Source: an uncultured Clostridia bacterium
GTDB lineage: Bacteria > Bacillota > Clostridia > Oscillospirales > Ruminococcaceae
DNA length: 47,002 nucleotides
Reading direction: 5' to 3'
Assembly (NCBI GenBank): GCA_947631055.1
Contig: CANRJZ010000001.1
Location: 1-47,002 of the forward strand
A program made the position numbers and the translations under genes. The notes under the pieces are model-generated. The model saw only the letters and a list, made by a program, of their open reading frames with translations. It had not been told where the DNA came from and ran no database searches. Shown here one piece after another: positions 16,852 to 24,160 of this stretch (its first letter is position 1; every line of letters begins with the position of its first letter).

Positions 16852-18294
16852 ATGGCAATATATATTTTCCTGATAATAGGCGTCATAGTTGCCGGAATAC
16901 CCCTTTGCAGCAGCAAAGGCGGCAGATCGGGACGCATAATATTCTGCTGTGCGGCTGCGGTCGTGTTCATATTTATGTCGGCAATGAGATTTGAAGTCGG
17001 CTATGATTACAATATGTACGGAGCAAAGTATTTCAGCTTCAAATATATGCTTCCGGAAGACATAATGTATGAAAGAATGGAAAAAGGTTTCCTTATGCCG
17101 CTTTTCGTTCTTAACCTTGGTTTTGAAGATTACAAGACGGTCTTTGTGTATACTTCCATTATAATATATGCGTCCGTTTTCTATCTTATATACAAGAATT
17201 CTTCCAATCCATGGATAAGCACAGTATCATATTTATGTTTCGGAGCATTTTTCAATTCGCTTTGCTTCCTCAGACAGATAATGGCAGCAATGCTGCTTAC
17301 ATATGCGATGAAGTATTATGACAGAAAGGTCCCTATAAGATTTTTCGTTCTTGTAATAGCTGCGTCAGCCTTCCATTGGTCGGCTCTGATAATGCTGCTT
17401 ATGTTCTTCCTGCTGAAAATAAAGCCGGGATATGTATACACCGGTATAGTCGCGCTGGGTACTGTAATATTCTGCCTCTTCTCAAAAACGTTTATGTACT
17501 GGGCAATATCTCATTTCGATATGTATCAGGGATATGACCCTGAGCTGAACGTTGAGGCGTCCGGCGGTCTGTCTCCAAAGTTCACTATAATGTTCGGTAT
17601 ACTATTTATAATATGTTTTCTTTTCCGTAAAAAGCTTGCGGAAAAAAATCCTGCAAATTCCACATATATAAATTGTCTGATGTATGCGGTGGTCTTTGAG
17701 GCTATGGGAATGCGCCATGCCGTATTGTCAAGATTTACGGCGATAGTTTATCTCCCTCCGCTGCTTTATCTTGTTCCGGATCTTGTTACTGTAATAAAAG
17801 AGTACGTTTCCGAAAAGTTCTCACAGAAGGGCGCAAAAAGCATTCAGGCAGTCAATATATGCGCAATGTCGGCACTGACGCTGTTTTTCGGCGGTTCATA
17901 TATTATGCTCCTGCTGAGCAATTACAACGGCGTGGTACCTTATGTTTCGCAGATCAATAAGCCGTATGAACTATTCCCCGAAAGGATCATCACCGAAGAA
18001 GATGATGAGCAGCAATGGATCGAAGAAGATGACGATTGGTCCGAAGAGGACGAAGAATGGCTTGAAGAACAACTGCAACTGGAAGATGGACCCGATGCGG
18101 CAGAGACCGTAACGGAAATTACGGACGCTCCGGTAACAGAAAACAATGAAAACATCAGCGAAGAAGTCTCCGGGGACAATTACGAAGAAGATACCGATGA
18201 GCCGGACGACGACTATGAATTTGACGAAAAACAGTTTGAAAACGATATACTTGAACAGTTGGGCGGTCTATCATATAAATATCGTATGCCGTGA
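16852..18294 (+). CDS. EpsG-family (Wzy-like) polysaccharide polymerase-type membrane protein with a ~100-aa hyper-acidic C-terminal tail
   Basis: RFEVGYDYNMY motif near the N-terminus, as in the EpsG family, and more than 10 TM segments. The tail reads EEDDEQQWIEEDDDWSEEDEEWLEEQ...DNYEEDTDEPDDDYEFDE. Confidence 0.7.
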   Translation: MAIYIFLIIGVIVAGIPLCSSKGGRSGRIIFCCAAAVVFIFMSAMRFEVGYDYNMYGAKYFSFKYMLPEDIMYERMEKGFLMPLFVLNLGFEDYKTVFVYTSIIIYASVFYLIYKNSSNPWISTVSYLCFGAFFNSLCFLRQIMAAMLLTYAMKYYDRKVPIRFFVLVIAASAFHWSALIMLLMFFLLKIKPGYVYTGIVALGTVIFCLFSKTFMYWAISHFDMYQGYDPELNVEASGGLSPKFTIMFGILFIICFLFRKKLAEKNPANSTYINCLMYAVVFEAMGMRHAVLSRFTAIVYLPPLLYLVPDLVTVIKEYVSEKFSQKGAKSIQAVNICAMSALTLFFGGSYIMLLLSNYNGVVPYVSQINKPYELFPERIITEEDDEQQWIEEDDDWSEEDEEWLEEQLQLEDGPDAAETVTEITDAPVTENNENISEEVSGDNYEEDTDEPDDDYEFDEKQFENDILEQLGGLSYKYRMP

Positions 18295-18308
18295 AAGGAG
18301 GGGTATGT

Positions 18309-18806
18309 ATGAGCGAAAAAACATCGGCTGCAAAAAAACACCGCAAAAGCAGCTACAGCCTTTGTGAAAATATGTTTTTATTGTTTATGATAACTTTCGC
18401 TGCAGGCGTTTTCTGCTATGAAAAATGGATGCCTGAAAGCTTTATGGATATATACCTTACCGTAGTGTTTGCTGTATGCATATTTACATGGCTGCTGATA
18501 TCATTTTTCAGCGGCGCAAGAAACAAGTGGCAGTTTGAGATATTTACCGTTATTTTCTGGATACTCCCGCTGCTCATAACATATCTTGCTGACAACGGAC
18601 CCGAATTCTGCCGTATGAGCATAACAATGTATCTTTTATCCGAATTCTCCATAGTAATGTTTATGACCCCAGCAGAACTCATAGGCAGCTTTATAAAAAT
18701 AGGTCCTGTACCGGCGATCCTGATAATGGCGCTCGTGTGCTCGTTTGCTTTTCTGGCAGGAAATCTCCTGTCAGACAAACTGAAAAAGGGTAATTACACT
18801 TTTTAA
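18309..18806 (+). CDS. Small polytopic membrane protein, unknown function
   Basis: ATG at 18309 follows AAAGGAGGGG, which overlaps the stop of the upstream gene. About 4-5 hydrophobic helices and no recognisable motif. Confidence 0.6.
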   Translation: MSEKTSAAKKHRKSSYSLCENMFLLFMITFAAGVFCYEKWMPESFMDIYLTVVFAVCIFTWLLISFFSGARNKWQFEIFTVIFWILPLLITYLADNGPEFCRMSITMYLLSEFSIVMFMTPAELIGSFIKIGPVPAILIMALVCSFAFLAGNLLSDKLKKGNYTF

Positions 18807-18845
18807 GTGTTAATTATAATTGTTTAGAGAAAGGAGGTAATTACC

Positions 18846-19427
18846 ATGAAACATGGTGTTAAAAAAGCTTTAAGTGCAGCTATCGCTTTTGTTACAACAG
18901 CTACTCTTGCATTAACAGCTTACGCTATGGAATATGACCTCAAGCCTGAGGCTCCTACAGCTAATGCTACATCCGTATCTGCTTCCACAGATTCTCTCAA
19001 GAGCGCTGTTGATACTGCTTCCGGCAGTGAAGGAGCAACTGCTAAAGTTGAAGTTAAATCCACAGCATCTCTTCCTGTAAGCTCTTCTGTAATCAAGAGC
19101 CTTAGCAAGAGTGATGACGCAGTTCTTGAGATCGCATCTCCTAAGGCTACGATCACAATCGATTCTTCAACTATAACAAAAGTAAGAAAGGTAGATCTTT
19201 CTTCTAAGATCTACAGCTCTAAGTCCAGAGCAGTTGTAGACTTCAGATCCAACGCTAAGTTCGGATGCGAAGTTAAGATCACTCTTAAAAACTGCAAGAT
19301 GACAGAAGCTGCGCTTGCAAAAGCTCATGTTTACTGTGATGGCGAGGATCTCGGTCCCGTTGAACTCGACGAGAACGGTAATCCCGTAATTACAGCAACA
19401 AAGGGTGGAAAGTACGAGATCAAGTAA
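18846..19427 (+). CDS. Small secreted protein with a C-terminal shared module (unknown family)
   Basis: Signal peptide MKHGVKKALSAAIAFVTTATLALTAYA, AAAGGAGGT RBS, and strong bias to ATC, AAG, GCT and TCT codons. The last 102 aa align with the C-terminus of the next gene. Confidence 0.8.
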   Translation: MKHGVKKALSAAIAFVTTATLALTAYAMEYDLKPEAPTANATSVSASTDSLKSAVDTASGSEGATAKVEVKSTASLPVSSSVIKSLSKSDDAVLEIASPKATITIDSSTITKVRKVDLSSKIYSSKSRAVVDFRSNAKFGCEVKITLKNCKMTEAALAKAHVYCDGEDLGPVELDENGNPVITATKGGKYEIK

Positions 19428-19442
19428 TTTCTGCCAATAGTC

Positions 19443-19523
19443 GTTCAGGCATCTTTATGGTGCCTGAACGGTTACGAAATATACCTTGAACAAGGTGTAT
19501 TTCGTAACCGTTTATTTAATTTT
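19443..19523 (+). terminator. Tandem hairpin terminator
   Basis: GTTCAGGCA..TGCCTGAAC (9 bp), then GGTTACGAAATATACC..GGTGTATTTCGTAACC (16 bp with one G-U), followed by GTTTATTTAATTTT. Confidence 0.8.
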
Positions 19524-19544
19524 CTGAAAGGATTGGATCATCAG

Positions 19545-20873
19545 ATGTCTGCTAAAAAACAGATAATTATCGTAATTATGGTCTTTATTGTCGTAGCAGT
19601 AGGACTTATATTCATCATAGGCGGAAAAGGCGGTACTTCCACGGAAAAAAGCCTTGAAGAAGCCAAAGCTTTCTATGATATGTACGACTATGATAAGGCA
19701 GTTGCCATATATAACGATCTGCTCAGCGATCAGAAGGACTGCGCCGACGCTTATATAGGTCTTGCTGACGCCTATGTTGCCAAGGGAAACATAGAAAAAG
19801 CTATGGAAATACTGGAAAGAGGCCTTGAAAATTCCGATGATCCGCGCATACCGGAAATGATAGACGAACTTTCGCCCGAATATGCAGAAGCTGAAAAAAA
19901 TAAGGAAGAAGATGTCCTTATCACCGATGAGATGATCTCCGAAGAAACAGACATCATTCCGGAAAGCGATATGCCCGAAATGCCGGAAACTACTGTACCA
20001 GCTGAAACGTCCGTTACGGAAAGCATTCCTCCCGAAACGACAGCGACAACAACAATAATTGAAACTACTCAACCTCCGCAGCAGACTGCTGCTCCGGCTC
20101 CGGTCGTTACAGCAGCTCCGGTAACTACAGCCGCTCCCGTAACTACTTCGGCAACAACGGCAAAGCCTACCATTGAGGTACCGAATTTTATAGGAATGGA
20201 CAAGGACGAAGCCGTTAAGCTGGCAAAAAGTCTGAAAATAAACATCAATACAAAGTCCGACAAAAACGATACATATGCAAACAATGTCGTTTACTATCAG
20301 AGCAGCAGAGCGGGAACGATGGTATCGGAAAAGGATCAGGTAGACGTTTATGTCTGCATAAACGACACAAAACAGGTAACGGAAGACGACCTGAAACTCA
20401 AAGCATTCTATGACGCCGCACTGAACTGGGGCAATAATAATACCGACAGGGTCAAGAGCGTTGTACTGAACGAAAAAAATTCCTCAGTCACTATAAAAGC
20501 CTCCTCAACAAAAAAATTTGTTATTGATGAGACTGTGGCGGCGGCTTTTGCCGAATGCAACAATGCTTCTCTTGTGGTAACTTCATCTTCTTTGTCAATA
20601 ACTATAAATTCGTCATCGGTCACCGGCAAAGGAAAAATTGATCTTTCCGCTGATGTTTTCGGCAACGAAAAAAGGATCACGCTGGATATGAAGGCCTCCG
20701 GCAGTCTGAACTGCACCGCTTTGGTAACATTGTCAGATTGCAGTATCAGTTCATCGGACCTTGGCGGAATGACGCTTTATTACAGCAACAGAAAAACCGG
20801 AGACGTGACCACCAACTCAAACGGAAAACCTGTTATAACCGTCAGCGACGGAGGACAATACATTATACACTGA
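19545..20873 (+). CDS. Membrane-anchored TPR / Pro-Thr linker / PASTA-domain protein with the C-terminal shared module
   Basis: N-terminal TM segment IIIVIMVFIVVAVGLIFIIGG and a TPR-like stretch YDKAVAIYNDLL...AYIGLADAYVAKGNIEKAMEIL. The PASTA-like stretch is IEVPNFIGMDKDEAVKLAKSL...NVVYYQSSRAGTMVSEKDQVDVYV. ATG at 19545. Confidence 0.75.
   Translation: MSAKKQIIIVIMVFIVVAVGLIFIIGGKGGTSTEKSLEEAKAFYDMYDYDKAVAIYNDLLSDQKDCADAYIGLADAYVAKGNIEKAMEILERGLENSDDPRIPEMIDELSPEYAEAEKNKEEDVLITDEMISEETDIIPESDMPEMPETTVPAETSVTESIPPETTATTTIIETTQPPQQTAAPAPVVTAAPVTTAAPVTTSATTAKPTIEVPNFIGMDKDEAVKLAKSLKININTKSDKNDTYANNVVYYQSSRAGTMVSEKDQVDVYVCINDTKQVTEDDLKLKAFYDAALNWGNNNTDRVKSVVLNEKNSSVTIKASSTKKFVIDETVAAAFAECNNASLVVTSSSLSITINSSSVTGKGKIDLSADVFGNEKRITLDMKASGSLNCTALVTLSDCSISSSDLGGMTLYYSNRKTGDVTTNSNGKPVITVSDGGQYIIH
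20109..20144 (+). repeat. 18-nt tandem duplication in the Pro/Thr linker (encodes TAAPVT TAAPVT)
   Basis: ACAGCAGCTCCGGTAACT / ACAGCCGCTCCCGTAACT, 16/18 identical. Confidence 0.7.
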
Positions 20874-20887
20874 TAACAATGATAATC

Positions 20888-20928
20888 AAAAAGCGGTATA
20901 TTCGTAATGAATATACCGCTTAAATTTT
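20888..20928. terminator. Bidirectional terminator between convergent genes
   Basis: AAGCGGTATATTC-GTAAT-GAATATACCGCTT is a perfect 13-bp stem, flanked by an A-run upstream and AAATTTT downstream. Confidence 0.8.
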
Positions 20929-20953
20929 GCTTTCTTACAGCGGACTGCGCCGA

Positions 20954-22255
20954 TCAGGAAGCCATCAGTCCGAGTATGGTGATCTCTTTACCCTCGCTGC
21001 CTTCGGCAGGCTTTATTTCAATGGTATGTTTTGTGTTCTCGGAAGCAAAGAGCACCTGCTGAGTCTCTCCGTAATTTCCCCAGCCGCCTGTAAAATCCGC
21101 ATCGAGCGTACCTTTCTTTGCTCCGTCAACATATACCTCAAACTTGCCGCCTTTGCCGTCGGTCGTGCGCATAAAGAAAAATCCAAGATTGCTGCATTCC
21201 ACTTCAAATGTAATATTTCCTCCGGAAACAGTCTTCCAGTTGTTGTGGAACTGATCGTAAAAATCTTTTTCGACAACTTCAAAGCCTTCCGAAGATACAG
21301 CCGTTATATCAGCTGCACTGAGCATTTTCGCCCCTGCATAATAATCCTTTGTATATGCCTCCGACGTAAATGCGGAAGGCTCTTCGGAAACGGAATCAAG
21401 CTCATTATAGACTTCATCAAGATAACGGCTTATTATCTGATTTATAATGTCATGTCCGGCATCGTTCGGGTGGATATTATCGGGAGATATATCTGTCCAC
21501 TTGAGAGTGCCGGCAGCAACTTCCGGATAAACGGCGTCATGATAGCTTATCATCGGAAGATCGTAAGCCGAGCCGATCTCCTTATGAACGTCCTGAAGGC
21601 TGGTACCGTCCTCCATAGTAGTGAACAGAAGTATTACAGCCGGATCAGAATCGCAGGAAAGTATCTTCCTTACAAGGCTGTCGTAGGAATATTTGTTCAT
21701 TACCTTATCCGTATCGTTTACCGAAAATTCAACGATCACCACATCAGGTTTATAGGAAAGCAGCTGCTCGTCCACACGATGAACGCCGAGATAGCTGTTT
21801 GTACCGCCTATACCCGCATTCACGAATTCAACGTTTCCGGGGAATTTGTTCTGCCACCAGTCGTTGAACTTGGAAGCGTAGCAATTAGCCGGTGTGGAAG
21901 CAAGACTTCCCTGAGTTATAGAGCCGCCTATGACTCCTACCGTTATCTTTTCGCCGCTCTGTGCCTTTTTCATAGCAGCCGAAAGGCGCACGGTATTGCC
22001 TTTGCTCATAATCGCCCTGTTGTACATTTTTTCCGACACTCCTTCATTAAGATCTACGGGGACGTTCGGATCCACATCATTTGATGTATCCGACGCCATC
22101 GTTATAGGCTGAGAAATTTCCGCCGTGGTTTCCCCGCCGATAAGCGTTGTTTCGCCGTCATCGGAGGAAACTCTGCCGCCGCATGCGGAAAACATTGACG
22201 TACATATCAGAAGTGCAGCAGCATAAGCTATATATTTTTTTTCTTTAAGAGACAT
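20954..22255 (-). CDS. SGNH/GDSL-family hydrolase, probable lipoprotein, with a C-terminal beta-sandwich-like domain
   Basis: Signal peptide ending SMFSACGG. SGNH blocks are GVIGGSITQGS, VIVEFSVNDT and DNIHPNDAGHD. The ~130-aa C-terminal region has a CBM-like composition. Confidence 0.8.
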   Translation of the reverse strand: MSLKEKKYIAYAAALLICTSMFSACGGRVSSDDGETTLIGGETTAEISQPITMASDTSNDVDPNVPVDLNEGVSEKMYNRAIMSKGNTVRLSAAMKKAQSGEKITVGVIGGSITQGSLASTPANCYASKFNDWWQNKFPGNVEFVNAGIGGTNSYLGVHRVDEQLLSYKPDVVIVEFSVNDTDKVMNKYSYDSLVRKILSCDSDPAVILLFTTMEDGTSLQDVHKEIGSAYDLPMISYHDAVYPEVAAGTLKWTDISPDNIHPNDAGHDIINQIISRYLDEVYNELDSVSEEPSAFTSEAYTKDYYAGAKMLSAADITAVSSEGFEVVEKDFYDQFHNNWKTVSGGNITFEVECSNLGFFFMRTTDGKGGKFEVYVDGAKKGTLDADFTGGWGNYGETQQVLFASENTKHTIEIKPAEGSEGKEITILGLMAS

Positions 22256-22301
22256 CTTATCATTCCTTTTTTTATTATTAAGTATATGAATCTTTCATAT
22301 A

Positions 22302-23912
22302 TTATCTGCTGTCAAAAAACGCCGCAACGAATACCGCAGCCGAATTGCAGTATATGGTCGCTTCATTGGTGGAAAAGCTGTAAACTATATCGTAATAACA
22401 TTTTGCCGGAGCTTCTTCCGAAGGGATGTTCCACTGAGTAAATTTATCCTGAGAACGCTTATTAGGACCGCAAACAAGCAGACCGGGGACCGGTTCGTCG
22501 ATATCGTCAGCTTCCGACGGTCTGTGGTGGGGACGCTTTACGCTGTCGCTGCCCATACCGGTCACAAAGCAAAAGCCCATAGGATTCTTGCCAAGAACAT
22601 ATCCGAGCTGTTCATATGCCATATCCAGATAATATCCACAGCCGAAGATCTTATATGCGGCGATCAGCAGCATACTGTCGGTCATTGAATACATATTGCT
22701 TCCGCGGATATAGTCGTCTTCCGATTTTGCAGTCCCGTAACCGCTTTGCTTTCCGAGGGCGTAAAGGTTATCGGCGCGCACCCTGAACTGTGAACGCATT
22801 GTCTGTTCCACAAAGTCATCTTTGGGACGATTTCCGAAAATATAACTCAATACGCCAAATCCCCCGTTATCCCTGTTAAGAAATCCGGTGATCTTTGTCT
22901 TAGCGCAGAGTTCTTTTATAATATTGTGAAAAGTTTCGTCTCCGGTAGTCTGATAAAGCTCGCATACCGCCCAGAACATATCGTCGTCGTTGTTGTTGTC
23001 AAAAAAGTCTCCGGCAGCGCTTATAATAGTAGTCGGCGGATTGACGAAGGGTCTGTAATCCGGATTGTTCATAAGCCATATCCATGCATTTATAGAAGCC
23101 TCATGGAGCTTTGCCGAAAATTCACCGTCAAATTCCGCATACACTCTCGATGCAAGCGACATCACTGCGCAAAAGCACGTAGCAGCCTGATGAGAACGCG
23201 GGAAAACATATCTTTCCGTATGGTCGTTTTCCGGCATGATTATCGGGGTAGCAGTCATAGGCGCGACCTTATGATAAACGCCTCCGTCACGGGTCTGCAT
23301 TTTCAGCAGCCATTCAAGTCCGACGCGGCACTCGTTAAGTATATCGGGAACGCCGTTGCCGGATTCCGGAATATCCGAACTGTCAGAAAATCTGTCCGGA
23401 AAAAGGCTGTACGCATAAAGCAGATGACCTGACGCAACGCATGTACAAACGGTATATTTTCCATATCCTCCGGAATCATGCCATCCGCCGGATACATCTA
23501 TCTTTACGGAACGATTTTCAAAAAGCGGCACAAGGCTGCTGTGGCACTCGTCGTGAGAATATTCTCCCGCGTAACGCCTGTCCAGAGCAGAGCAGCGGTT
23601 GAAATACAGTCCTTTCAGCAAACTGAGTTTGAGCTTGTGATACGGAGCAGGCGATATTGTAAAAACGTGAGAGTGTTTTATTCCTGTTTTTATATAGAAA
23701 TCCCCGCATTCTTCCAGTCCGGAAAAATCTATCATAGAAACGCTGTCTCCGGAAGCCGCATCGTAGACCGGATCTCCGGGTATACCGGAAAATACGGTTT
23801 TTCCTCCCTTGGCGCGCACTATCTGAAAAGAATCTGCACTGCCTGTGAAATACGCCGTTTTGGGCATAGTATCTATATATCCGATCTGATTGAACATTAT
23901 CTTTTTTACCAC
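22302..23912 (-). CDS. Glycoside hydrolase family 9 protein with an N-terminal Ig-like domain and no signal peptide
   Basis: DVSGGWHDSGGYGKY corresponds to the GH9 DxxGGWxDAGDxxKY block. The C-terminal YYDIVYSFSTNEATIYCNSA matches the GH9 active-site signature as I recall it, and RPHHRPS gives the His block. A GTG start at 23912 follows AAGGGGG. Confidence 0.8.
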   Translation of the reverse strand: MVKKIMFNQIGYIDTMPKTAYFTGSADSFQIVRAKGGKTVFSGIPGDPVYDAASGDSVSMIDFSGLEECGDFYIKTGIKHSHVFTISPAPYHKLKLSLLKGLYFNRCSALDRRYAGEYSHDECHSSLVPLFENRSVKIDVSGGWHDSGGYGKYTVCTCVASGHLLYAYSLFPDRFSDSSDIPESGNGVPDILNECRVGLEWLLKMQTRDGGVYHKVAPMTATPIIMPENDHTERYVFPRSHQAATCFCAVMSLASRVYAEFDGEFSAKLHEASINAWIWLMNNPDYRPFVNPPTTIISAAGDFFDNNNDDDMFWAVCELYQTTGDETFHNIIKELCAKTKITGFLNRDNGGFGVLSYIFGNRPKDDFVEQTMRSQFRVRADNLYALGKQSGYGTAKSEDDYIRGSNMYSMTDSMLLIAAYKIFGCGYYLDMAYEQLGYVLGKNPMGFCFVTGMGSDSVKRPHHRPSEADDIDEPVPGLLVCGPNKRSQDKFTQWNIPSEEAPAKCYYDIVYSFSTNEATIYCNSAAVFVAAFFDSR

Positions 23913-24082
23913 GAATATCGCCCCCTTGCGAAAACGTGAAAGCGCAGATCAAAAAATTCAGGGATAATGAACTTTTTTATGAGCGTTGGTCTACAATTTT
24001 CCTTATTATAATTATACATTATTTTATCCCAATAAATAATGACATTTTTTATAACTTTTTTACTTTATTTATTATTTATTGC

Positions 24083-24111
24083 TTGATAAAACCTTTAATA
24101 TATGATAAAAT
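24083..24111 (+). promoter_or_regulatory. Sigma-A promoter for the CE2-like esterase gene
   Basis: TTGATA, 17-nt spacer, TGA-TAAAAT (extended -10). Confidence 0.5.
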
Positions 24112-24160
24112 TAAATCATATCCATACAATTTGCACAATTTTTAAAAGGAAGTGTCTTAT

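Noticed and set aside
17940-18179. A Ser-rich 79-aa minus-strand ORF
   Set aside because: It is the complement of the GAA/GAT-rich DNA encoding the acidic tail of the EpsG-like protein, so it is a composition artefact.
19470-20921. The hairpins flanking the TPR-PASTA gene share a core: GGTGTATTTCGTAA at 19494-19507 and GGTATATTCGTAA at 20895-20907. A similar AATATTCGTA occurs in the tRNA terminator. This could indicate a cassette bounded by related repeats.
   Set aside because: The similarity is only 12-13 nt of AT-rich stem sequence, and each hairpin is fully explained as a terminator. It is probably coincidence or terminator sequence preference, though it deserves a quick genome-wide word count.
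20927-22084. A 385-aa plus-strand ORF fully antisense to the SGNH lipoprotein gene. Many similar long antisense ORFs occur, for example 6872-7693, 11057-11770, 29084-29743, 34807-36198, 39919-40587 and 45437-46027.
   Set aside because: Where I checked the phase (20927-22084), the ORF lies in the codon-aligned antisense frame of the real gene. It stays open because the sense gene avoids TTA, CTA and TCA codons. These ORFs lack RBSs and have junk-like composition rich in R, F, I, C and H. Their sense partners all have clear family motifs, so they are shadow ORFs.
23936-24145. A 69-aa ORF in the AT-rich GH9/CE2 divergent intergenic region
   Set aside because: It has a GTG start and no RBS. Its Ile/Phe/Tyr/Asn-rich sequence is typical of translated AT-rich promoter DNA, and it overlaps the predicted promoter at 24083-24111.
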